From NCBI RefSeq assembly GCF_964355755.1, contig NC_092676.1, forward strand, positions 8,905,888-8,969,887: a stretch of DNA of 64,000 bases, in the 5' to 3' direction. Positions 27,092 to 37,973 of the stretch are shown here, piece after piece. A program made the position numbers and the translations under genes. The notes beneath the pieces are model-generated. The model had not been told where the DNA came from and did not search any database. It saw nothing but the letters and a program-made list of their open reading frames with translations. Each line of letters opens with the position of its first letter. Position 1 is the first letter of the stretch. Source of the DNA: Antedon mediterranea. Its lineage: Eukaryota > Animalia > Echinodermata.

Positions 27092-27990
27092 TTTTGCTAC
27101 TCGGAGACTGCGGCAATTAACAAACTCATAAAATAATAAATAAAGACGCATACAACATAAGTTCTGGCTTAAATAGTTTAATTAGTAAATGAACATTCAC
27201 CCATGTAAAACTGCACATAAAAGTCATAAGCAAATATAAGTTATATAGCAATAATTTTCCAATTCTAAGTAAGCACAACAGGGATGCTCAGAGAAAAATA
27301 GCTCTATTGCCATAAGTGTCATAATATTGGGCGGGAGGGAGGGAAAATTGTCTTCAACTTAATGTGATTGTGTTAACAGAGAGGATGCTTGATCAAAGAG
27401 GTCGAAAACCCGCCCTCTCCGTTCTCAAAATAGAATTGTGTTTCCAACCCAATTCTTGATTTTTGCTACTCGGAGACTGCGGCAATTAACAAACTCATAG
27501 AATAATAAATAAAGACGCATACAACATAAGTCCTGGCTTAAATAGTTTAATTAGTAAATGAACATTCACCCATGTAAAACTGCACATAAAAGTCATAAGC
27601 AAATATAAGTTATATAGCAATAATTTTCCAATTCTAAGTAAGCACAATTGGGATGCTCAGAGAAAAATAGCCCGCGGCAGGTGCCAAGGCACCGCCAAGA
27701 GCAGCCCACCAAAGTGCAGGAAAAAAGGAAGAATGTTCACTTACCCGCATGAAACTGAGGTAAAAAAAAAACAACCAGGACTCCCTGGAAGAGTTTCCAA
27801 AGAGACTGATAGGTACAAAAATCACCATTAATACAACGATGCTCCCCATGAAAGTATACGCAGATACTTCATGGCAGTATGTTGAGCATCAGCACCTTCC
27901 ACCCAAGACTAATCCAAGGGCTCCACTACCGTGCACTGCAATGGCAGCAAAGTTGTACTAACACATCGCCAATAAACAATACTGACAGAA
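27092..27990 (-). mobile_element. Split direct repeat (B-A-B), possibly the 3' end of a Ngaro/DIRS-group element
   Basis: About 210-bp near-identical direct repeats at 27092-27303 and 27461-27671 around a spacer containing GGGCGGGAGGGAGGG, next to GC-richer sequence. No RT or tyrosine recombinase ORF seen. Confidence 0.4.
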
Positions 27991-29023
27991 AAAAACAAAA
28001 ACGCATGGATGTGAGTTATAATGTAAATGTAGATTTTTATTATGTTGTTGAAAATTCGCAGAAATATAAATTATTCAATGAAATACAACAATACAGCTGG
28101 CCACCTCTAGAACATGATGAGGGAAATCCCTGTTTGCAGTTTATGACCGCCCATTTGGAGATCTAAAAGTATGATGCTTTTTGATTGGAGTTTCCGTAAC
28201 AACCTGAGGTGATTGTCAATTAGATTGCCAAGGGCTTTAGGTTGTCAACAAAGCATGTCCCAGGTTAAGATAAGATAAGATAAATCTTTATTGTCATGAA
28301 CACAACAAGGCGAGCATGAAATTGGTTTTCCTTGATGCTTAAAAACACATACAATATATAAAACATTAAAAATATCAATACAATACATTAAAAATATATA
28401 CAGTTGTAAACAAGTAAAACAAACTATCTTTGAAATGTTGAGTTGGAAACATGAATAGAGTTGTGGACGATGTCTAGAACAGAATTGGTGAACTTTCAAA
28501 AATTGTCTTCGGTTTTTCGGTAGGTTGATCCAATATTTAAATCAAAGACACATATAAAATAAAAATATAATGTTTAAAGTACATATTGTTAAAATATTAA
28601 AGTGATTGGTTGAGAATTGATGAACGGGAAATTAAAAGAGTAGGCACATGTTTTTCGATTCTCAAGCCACGGTTCATTAGTTCCATTGTCTCGGGCTGAG
28701 TGAGGCTAACCTGTGACTGTCAGTAGCATTTTGGCTTAACGGAGGTTAAATCTTCTATATATTGTATTTAACCAACATTGATTATAATTATGATTAATAT
28801 ATTTGGCATTCCTAACGTTCCGAAGAATTAATAATAGGTACTTAATTATTTTGAAGTATTTTAAAACATATTAGTTAGAAATGCGCAACATCCCTATTAT
28901 AGTAAATAGAATCGTCCATACCATGAAAGTTAAATACTTTATGGACAGGTCCACTTATTTTCAAGGGATATTCTTTGATTATTATTGATTGAGGATTATT
29001 TATATATATATAAATTTGCCATT

Positions 29024-29058
<35 letters not shown>

Positions 29059-29219
29059 ATGAAAGGAATCATATTTTGTAGGTTTTTAGTTTTAATTGAT
29101 TAATTTAAAACTGTTAGTACTGCTATAGAAATCTATGTTTGCATTTTCTTCAGTTAATATTTATTTTTAAAAATGAAAACAGATTATTTTTAAAACTGAA
29201 TTTATTGTAATTAATTAAA

Positions 29220-30115
29220 CTAGATGGTCGTGTCCACGGATGGTTCTCAAATACACAGTAATTTCAGCGTGAAAAAAAAAACAACGAAAAACTGGCGATT
29301 TCAAATGTACGTACCGCAGGACTATAGAACATTGTCGTTTACAGAAACGAATAAATAGACACGATGATTTATGTAGTCAACTAAAATTAGCACCATGGTA
29401 ATTAGACCTACTTCCGAAGAAAGAGAAACTTTTTATTTGAACTCATTTAAACAAACCCAATTTGTGTTTTGTATATAACATTAGAGTTGAGGGATAGGGA
29501 AGAAGATGGGAAGAACATTTTTTTTTAAATATATATCCTTTATCCCTTCAGTAACGAAATATTTTTAAATGTTTTGGCCTATCAATAATACTTATACCAC
29601 TAGATACAGTAAAACATTTACGCTTTAGTACTTCTTTAAAACTGTCCCTGTCGATTAAAATAGTAAAGTACATGTAACGATACACCACTACGAAGTTTAT
29701 ATTGTTTATAATTAATTATTAATATAAACGTTGAGAAGCAGCTGTCAGTAATACAGTTTCTTATTTGTATATTATGTGTTTATATATCCAGCAGTAGAGC
29801 ATACCCACGGTAACAGTAATACATGTTCTTTGTATATGTGTTTATATATCTAACAGTAACCACATTCACCGTAAGAAAGTTTCGATTCAAATGACAACCA
29901 AAATGGTTAATTTACAATAAATTCAAAGTTTTGCAATATCTCAGTTTTAAGTTTATTCTCCAAGGGCTCATAAATTTACCTACTTGTGTTAAACCAACAC
30001 CCCTATTTGGGGCAAATAATTGAACCTAAATTCGTTTTAATTGTTAATAACTAATTATCTGACTAAATTTAATTAGTAAACAGGGTTACATCAGGTGGTA
30101 AAAACCAGTACCGAG
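29220..30115 (+). repeat. Interspersed repeat; diverged inverted copy at 35340-37421
   Basis: TAGATGGTCGTGTCCACGGATGGTTCTC.. through ..GGGTTACATCAGGTGGTAAAA aligns colinearly with the reverse complement of 35340-37421. Confidence 0.8.
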
Positions 30116-30249
30116 ATTCTAACCAACCAACAAAGAACTATCTTTGATTTGTATGTATTTTTTTGATAAAACGACAATTTTTTTTTTATTATTACACGTT
30201 AACAACATGTTAACAAAAACATATTTTTTAATAAAGTTTTGATGGAAAA

Positions 30250-30860
30250 TGATGTATTTATATTATAAAATTAACTGGTGAAAAAAGTCATGGTCACCTC
30301 ACCCGGAACAGTTGGCCTATATACAACCGTATTGTTCGCAAAGCTAGGGGTATCGAATCTAAAGCTTTCTACAATATAGGAATCAATGACTGGAATGCTC
30401 TTCCCAATGATCTAAAATCCATTAATAATCAATATATTTTTAAAATTAAACTAAGAAAGTTACTCATCGTTGATATTCATATATGATTTTATATATTTCA
30501 GTTTTTGATATTGTTGCTCTTCACTTTTTATTTTTTTTATTGTACCTTTTTATATTACCTTTTTAAAAGTTTATATATGATTTTCCTGTCTTTCACATTT
30601 CCCTATATCCTTTTTTTGATCCTTGATCACTTTCAGATCTCCGATTTCTCTTGCAATGGACACCATTTGAAATAAATTGACATGTCGATTGTATGGGTCG
30701 TCCCTGCTTCCATTCACTTTGGTTTTATTCAATTTTAATATTCCAATTGTTTGTATTTATATTTTTTCTTTGTTATGTATTTTAAATGTATTGTTGAATG
30801 GATGCTAAATGAATAAAAATAAATTTAAAAAAAATAAAAATAAATAATAAATAAATAAAA
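30250..30860 (+). mobile_element. 3' fragment of an L2/CR1-type LINE
   Basis: ..NDWNALPNDLKSI..FKIKL C-terminal motif, T-rich 3' UTR and (AAAT)n tail. Confidence 0.55.
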
Positions 30861-31872
30861 TGTTAAAAGCAATTCCTCCCCATCCCTTTAACTCCAAACC
30901 CGACATATAACTGACGTACATAGAAGACGGTGATTATTTTGCATGTTACTAACTTTAAAAGCGTTCATTTTTAAGGCAGTACATACGAGTATTTCTTACT
31001 AATATTCTAAAGGTTCAGAAAAATTAAAAATATCAAATTTTACTTCTAGGTACTTGGCAACTAAAGACTTCTCTACATGATTACCATCACTGACAATATC
31101 ATCAGTAGATGTCTTGAATTTAGTATGAAATATATTACCATTTCTTTTGTCTTAGCAACATTACATTTAAGATGGTTTTTATATAAAAACCTTACAAAAT
31201 GGTTAATTTCAACTTTATAATGACTATAGTTGTCATGTTTAATAATAATGTTTAAGGCCCATGATGGCAAATTGACAGGGCAGTCTGGGTGATTGGATTT
31301 AAAGTCCAAAGTGAACAAAGTAAATAGGAAAGGGGCTGAAACTGTGCCCTGTGGGGCACCGGTGTTACCAATAATTAATAATCTTTTCAATGAAATCCTA
31401 TTATTTTTTTGTCTTCATACCAAATTAGGCGCGTGCATTATTCATGATTTCTGAATTAAATGCCGGAAAAAAAATGCGTCCCAGTACGGTCTCCGCATTA
31501 TTTTTGCCAGTTTCTGATTAAGAAATGCGTTTAAAACATGGGTTGGATTGGATTAATTCAATTCTCCAATTGTATTACCTTCTACCTATTATATTCTATA
31601 AAATGCACCTTTTATTTTAATTCAACTAATTTAGCCAATCAAGACACTGAACGTTAACATTAAATGCTACAGTGTTTACTTCAGAGCCTAATGAACTGAA
31701 TAAGGCCTATAGGTCATTACGTAATAGTTAGACTGTATGGTAAACGGTTTTAGTTCTCCGCTAATTGTGTTAATTACTGATTTAATCTATTGCACATATT
31801 GTATGTAAAACATACTAGCTATTTGCATAAAAGGCTAGGCACTACCTTCTACCTACTATAGCTTATAAACTG
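30861..31872. repeat. About 1-kb direct duplication of 18768-19132 + 21285-21908, without the Penelope insert
   Basis: Colinear similarity from TGTTAAAAGCAATTC to TATAGCTTATAAACTG. Confidence 0.85.
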
Positions 31873-32288
31873 CAACTTTTATTCTGTGAAATAACTATTA
31901 GCCAATCAGATCAATATTAGACATTACATAAACACTTTAAAACCTATATACATGGTTACAGAAATGTATTTATTCCGCACTCGATATCATGGGACTGATG
32001 CAACCAACGACAGCTCTGGTACTAATTACTTGTATCTTTGTAGTACATAGTTTTAAGGTAAGGAATAGTGCAATGCTTTGGTATAAAAAAAATACAACAA
32101 TTATAGTATCTTGATTGTTTTGTATATAAAATAGTAGATGCATTCAACAGAGCTGCTGGCAACAGCTTATATTTATCATTTGAGAGTGATTCAGAAAATA
32201 AAAATGTAACATGCAAGTCAAGAAAGTAGACGATGTTGATGATCGAGCTTTATCTCCTTTGAACAAGAGTACATATTAATGCCTCATG

Positions 32289-32384
32289 AAGCTTGGTTTG
32301 ACCAATCACAAGCGATGAAACATTCGAAGAATTGCTTGTGATTGGTCGAATTGCTTGCGTTGCGTCCTAGTGGGAACCAAGCTT
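32289..32384. mobile_element. Small MITE remnant (possibly PIF/Harbinger)
   Basis: Ends AAGCTTGGTT..AACCAAGCTT; internal inverted GACCAATCACAAGC/GCTTGTGATTGGTC. Confidence 0.5.
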
Positions 32385-33364
32385 AATGTTATCTTTTCAG
32401 ATCGAAGATCTAAGCGAAGATGATTTGGATCACTATTTTGGAACAATGTCACGATATGAAGGTATAGTGAAACTAGAACTAGAACTAGAACTAGCAGAAA
32501 AAAAAACTTTTTCTACCTAAATATGTGGTAATATATTAATTCACATGGGATGAGTACGTATAATAAAAGTATTCTGACAAATTATTTAAAAAAAACCATT
32601 ACTACTATTTAATATTTCTTCACTTTGAAATATCTGAAAGCTAAAAAATGAAAGCAATACTGAATGTGAGGCATACAAATGACCTCATATTATTGCTCAC
32701 ACACTTTGCAATTTGGATTCGTTTTGTGTGTCTTTATTTTTATTCATTTACATATGTTTTTATTTCAATGATTTTTGATATTTTGCAATTTGTTTAAATT
32801 GTTTAGTGTGAGTTTTGTTAACTTTTTTGCTAATGTATTAATTGTGATCTAGTTTTGACTTTTTTGCTTTAAGCGGTGATATTTATTTACACATTTACAC
32901 ATTTCGCGTATTCGAACTCGAACATACTAAGTTGATATCAATGGCCACGGCGTTTTACTCACTGATCTAGCCGTAATTTACGAAATTAATTATGTTGAAA
33001 GGATAGGTGTAATTAATTAAAACTTCAACGACGTGGTCAGTCGATACGGTTGGCTACCAAGACTAAACACTGTTTTAATTTGGTGGCTCGGCATGGTATT
33101 TGTAGATCCGGTCATGGCGGTACACAACAGAGGAGGTTGCGTAGTTATATGTGTCATAACAACTTGCAAAACATGTCAAATTAATGTTATTTTTTGTCTT
33201 TTTTGAGTGTCCTTAAAATTAAAGAAGGGATCGACCCCTCACTAAACATCAGTATGCCTAATGTGACCACGTGCCATTCAGCGGTTTCGTTGAAGATACG
33301 TAAAATTACGCAAAAAATTTAGCAGCATTAATAATACAGATTTTTGCCAATTTTATATATTTAG

Positions 33365-34102
33365 ATAGCGACTCTTTAACATTCTCGGCGTGGTACGGCG
33401 GAACAGCACTAGTCCTCAGTTGTACGCACGCGCACCAGAGATCAAATTGATACGCCCTCATCTTACAGTATTTTTATTCACGAGGCGGGATCTCCGAAGA
33501 GATACTTTTATATATATAAACAAATCAGGCAAAGAACAATAATTCTAAACCGCCCGGTGATATACTGAAATTTAATTAATTAATTTGAAACGATAAAGAT
33601 GAGGAAATCTGTGAGAATGAGAAAAAGTCGCCCCAACCGAGACTCGAACTCGGACCGCCTGCTTGATATGCAGATGTCCTAACCATTAGACCGATAGTTC
33701 GATATTTCCGCCGTACCACGTCGAGAATGTTAAAGAGTCGTTATCCAATCGAGTTCGAACAATACCATGAAAGCCCCAGTGGTCTAAATTAGGTACGGCG
33801 GAACAGCACTAGTCCTCAGTTGTACGCCCTCATCTTTCAGTATTTTTATTGACGAGACGGGATCTCCGAAGAGATACTTTTATATATATAAACACAATAG
33901 GCAAAGAACATTAATTCTAAACCGCCCGGTGATATACTGAAATTTTTAATTAATTAATTTGAAACGATAAAGATGAGGAAATCTGTGAGAATGAGAAAAA
34001 GTCGCCCCAACCGAGACTCGAACTCGGACCGCCTGCTTGATATGCAGATGTCCTAACCATTAGACCACTGGGGGCTTTCATGGTATTGTTCGAACTCGAT
34101 TG
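33365..34102 (-). mobile_element. Rearranged tRNA-derived repeat with direct and inverted duplications
   Basis: Direct repeat ~33388-33692 / 33792-34066; inverted pairs 33365-33403 / 33706-33744 and 33746-33786 / 34061-34102. Confidence 0.75.
34003..34075 (-). tRNA. tRNA-like sequence (anticodon ATC, Asp-like); probably a SINE head or pseudo-tRNA
   Basis: 73 nt GCCCCCAGTGGTCTAATGG..TCTGC-ATATCAA-GCAGG..CCGAGTTCGAGTCTCGG-TTGGGGCG folds as a cloverleaf with one acceptor mismatch; truncated copy at 33629-33692. Confidence 0.55.
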
Positions 34103-34148
34103 ATATATATATATATATATATATATCAATCGAGTACTTTGTCTTTGG

Positions 34149-34184
<36 letters not shown>

Positions 34185-34308
34185 CCAAAGGCAAATTACT
34201 GAAAAAATGACAATGCTGTGGGTATCAGTGGCTGGATCTCAATGGAGATACAAAATAAAAGCGAAAAGGTAAATCAAAACGAGAAGTAAAACAGCCAGAA
34301 AAGTTAGC

Positions 34309-34343
34309 AGAGCTTTCGGGCAACACTAGCCCTTCATCAGGGG
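34309..34343 (-). ncRNA. Minimal hammerhead ribozyme core (Penelope-type)
   Basis: Minus strand CC-CTGATGA-AGGGC-TAGTGTT-GCCC-GAAA-GCTCT: canonical CUGANGA and GAAA boxes around stem II. Confidence 0.7.
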
Positions 34344-35339
34344 CTATTTGTATATATATATTTGTGTGTGTCTTAATGCTGTTTGTGATTTAGGCTAATT
34401 TCACTACAAGCATGTGTATGCGAGTTTGGTGTAATGGTTATGTAACAAGCCTTTCAAATAACAATAGCTTCCGTTTACTAACAATAGAACAGCAACGCGA
34501 AAATCAAACAGGTGAATTTGAAAAGAAAAAGGTTTTTTAAACTACTCGCATCAAAAAAATTGCACATTAAATCAAATTATGTTTTAAAATTACAAATCAC
34601 AAAATATAACTCTTGCCTAGCGCCTCTTGTACAAAAATGAAGTTTTTTGGGAAGAAAATGCAATTTAAGTTTACTTGTTACTTTCAGACTGTTCGCCGGC
34701 TTTTGAAAAATTCTGTCTTATATTATTTTAACACTAGCAGGTCTGAAAAGTATAAAGTAAAGTAGTCCAGAATTGGGACCATGGTCGCAAATAGTCCCAA
34801 AATTTAATGGAATTGTCCTTGACTACATATTTATCTGTATATTTATTTTGGTAAATATCTTGTGATTACTTTTTTTTTTGCTTATTCTATTTTGTATCTC
34901 ATCGAGATCCAGCCTTTGGCTATAATCAGTCAGTGCAGCTCGGGTTTCGAAATGAAATGTACCGCAGAGTTACATCCCCTCATCAAATATGAAAGTATAG
35001 AGACTAAAATGAAGTTCTACCTAGAGAAGTATGGAGGTACGTAGCCTAAATCCTGTGAAAATTACCTAATACTTTAAAAAAAAAGGTGAGCGGTCAATAC
35101 GGCATTTCCGGTAATTTTTGGACAAAATTTCCATAAGAAGAAATATAAACATATATATTCTGAACTATTTAGAAAAAATATAATTCTCTACAGGTAGCGG
35201 TTAGCGTTCGATGGGTACCCTATATGTTTTTACCCTTAATTTGCATATCTATATATAAATTTACGTAAAGGCAAAAATCGGTAAATCGTGCGTTATTTCT
35301 AGAATGTTTACTCGATGGTATATAAAGTTGGTTTGTACT

Positions 35340-37421
35340 TTCGGTACTAATTTTAACCACCTGATGTAACCCTGTTTACTAATTAAATTAAGTTCGATAA
35401 TTAGTTATTGACGATTAAAACGAATTTAGATTCAACGATTTGCCCCAAATAGGGGTGTTTTCCGATCGTGGTATACACTGTCTAATGGATGTCAATTTAA
35501 AAAATACCCGCACACAATAATACGAGGACGCTTCGCATTTTCCTATCTCGTCCTACGATAATTGTTTTTAATAGCTGAAAACCGGTTGAACAGTTCGAGT
35601 ACAGCATCATAATGTTGAAGACAGGCCGATTTTCTTTAAAAAATGCTATTTTGATACATGTAATATACGTTTTTACAAATGTATTGATTTGTGATGAATG
35701 GAACATTCCAAATTATTTGGTTTAAGCATAGAGGTATAGATTTAGATTCATGGGCCCCCTTGGAGAATAAACATAAATAGTATTGCAATGCTGTACAATA
35801 CTGTTAAGGTATTAACCACTTTTGATCGCAATTTGAATCGCAAATTTCTTACTGTGAGTGTTGGTACTGCTGTTAGATATAATATAAACAAATATACAAA
35901 TAAACTTTATTACTGTGAGTGTGGGTAGGCCCTACTGTTAGATTATAAACATATAATATACAAATAAATAAACGTTATTACTGACAGTTGCTTCTCAACG
36001 TTTGTATTAATTAATAATTTAAAAATATATATATACGTACGTAGTGGTGTATCGTTACATGTACTTTACTATTTCAATCGACTATGACAGTGAGAGTTTT
36101 AACAAGGTATTAAATCGTAAATGTTTTACTGTATTTAGTGGTATATTATTTATAGGCCTATAAAACATTAAAAACAATATGTCGTTACTGAGTGGATAAG
36201 AATATATTTTAAAATGTTTCCTCTTTGTACCTATCTTCTTCCCCCATCCTTCAACCCTTAATGTTACATACAAAACACAAATTGGGTTTGTTTGGGTATT
36301 GCTAAACACCGCAAACCCCGCAAACCCCCGCAAACCTCCAAAAAAACATAGCAAACCCCATCGAACCAACATAAAAGTGATTGAATCATGTAGTGTACAA
36401 CCCACTGGGTATATCCATGTAAAAAAAATAATACATTTTTACTGTTAACTAATTATTTTTGTGGTAAAACATCATTTTTTGGTCAAAAATGATTGCTAAA
36501 CCCTGCAAACCTCCAAACAAATATAGCAAAAACCCCATCGAACCAACATAAAAGTGATTGAATCATGTAGTGTACAACCCACTGGGTATATTCATGTTAA
36601 AAAAATATTAAATTTCTACTGTTAACTACTTATTTTTGGGGTAAAACATCATTTTTTGGTCAAAAATGATTGCTAAACCCCGCAAACCTTCAAAAAAATA
36701 TAGCAAACCCCACCGAACCAACATAAAAGTGATTGAATCATGTAGTGTACAACCCACTGGGTATATCCATGTATAAAAAAAAAATTAAATTTCTACTGTT
36801 AACTACTTATTTTTGGGGTAAAACATCATTTTTTGGTCAAAAATGATTGCTAATTTTTAACCAAAAAATGATGTTTTATCCCCAAAAAAGTAGTTAACAG
36901 TAGAAATTTAATAATTTATATATCCAGTGGGTCGTACACTACATTATTCAATCACTTTTATGTTGGTTCGGTGGGGTTTGCTATGGTTTTTTGGAGGTTT
37001 GCGGGGTTTAGCAATCATTTTTGACCAAAAAATGATGTTTTACAGTAGAAATTTAATTTTTGTTTTACATTGATAAACCCAGTGGGTTGTATACTACATG
37101 ATTCAATCACTTTTATGTTGGTTCGGTGGGGTTTGCTATGTTTTTTTGGAGGTTTGCGGGGGTTTGCGGGGTTTGCGGTGTTTAGCAAAACCCGTTTGTT
37201 TAAATGAGTCCAAATAAAAAAATTTGACTCATTTTGTTTCTCTCTCGGAAGTAATTCCCAGGGTGCTAATTTTAGCTGACTACATAAATCATCGTGCATA
37301 TTTATTTGTTTCTGTAAACGACAATGTATTATAGTCCTGCAGTACGTACATTTGAAATCTCCATTTTTTTCTCGCTGGAAAATACTGTGTATTCGAGAAC
37401 CATCTGTGGGCACGACCAGCT
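35340..37421 (-). repeat. Inverted copy of the 29220-30115 repeat, carrying a fold-back insertion
   Basis: Reverse-complement similarity to 29220-30115 on both sides of 36294-37193. Confidence 0.8.
36294..37193. mobile_element. Fold-back DNA transposon with arms made of ~170-bp tandem units (Merlin/MULE-like)
   Basis: GGGTATTGCTAAACACCGC..GCGGTGTTTAGCAAAACCC termini; 8-bp TSD GTTTGTTT (36286-36293, 37194-37201); 3 units forward and 2 inverted; empty site near 29450. Confidence 0.85.
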
Positions 37422-37733
37422 AATTTGCATATGTTCCCGAAGTGTTCCCGAAGTCTGATTTGTGGAATTTTATCTCCACATCATGTGTGTTCAATTAAAA
37501 CCAATAAAATCTTTGTTTGCAAGTGGTTTGACTTTAAATTCTAGATTGCCTAGAATATACCTGATATATAGAAAAATACTATATATAGCGGCCATTTTGG
37601 TTTTATAGACATTAACCTAATTTTTCAACTACTTTCTTTCTCCATTTTTGATATGTTGTTCTGATAGGTCTTTAGATATAGTTACCACAAAATAAATTCT
37701 GATCTAATTTTGACTAGGTATACCCATTATTTT

Positions 37734-37973
37734 GGGTGTCTAAAAAACTCAGATCAAGAAAACTCAGATCTCAGACATATCTGAGTTTTCCAGATCTAGA
37801 AAACTCAGATATAAGATCTGAGTTTTCTAGTTCCATTCTGGAACTATAAAACTCCGATTTTGATATCGGAGTTTTCTAGATCTAGTAAAGTCAGAATATA
37901 TGAATTTTCTAGATCTAGAAAACTCAGATATAAATGAGATCTGAGTTTCTAGATATGAGTTTTTTAGACACCC
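37734..37973. mobile_element. Palindromic MITE with AAACTCAGAT/AGATCT sub-repeats
   Basis: Terminal inverted repeats GGGTGTCTAAAAAACTCA / TGAGTTTTTTAGACACCC; CATTATT on both flanks (imperfect TSD). Confidence 0.8.

Noticed and set aside
28660-28750. Possible conserved SINE core or ncRNA
   Set aside because: GC-richer island, but no Pol III boxes or family signature that I could identify.
34003-34075. Functional tRNA-Asp gene
   Set aside because: Atypical ATC anticodon, A at position 32, an acceptor mismatch and a rearranged repeat context; more likely SINE-derived.
36294-37193. CRISPR-like array (also considered for 1975-2222 and 59145-59260)
   Set aside because: No unique spacers, no cas genes and a eukaryotic context; these are plain tandem repeats.
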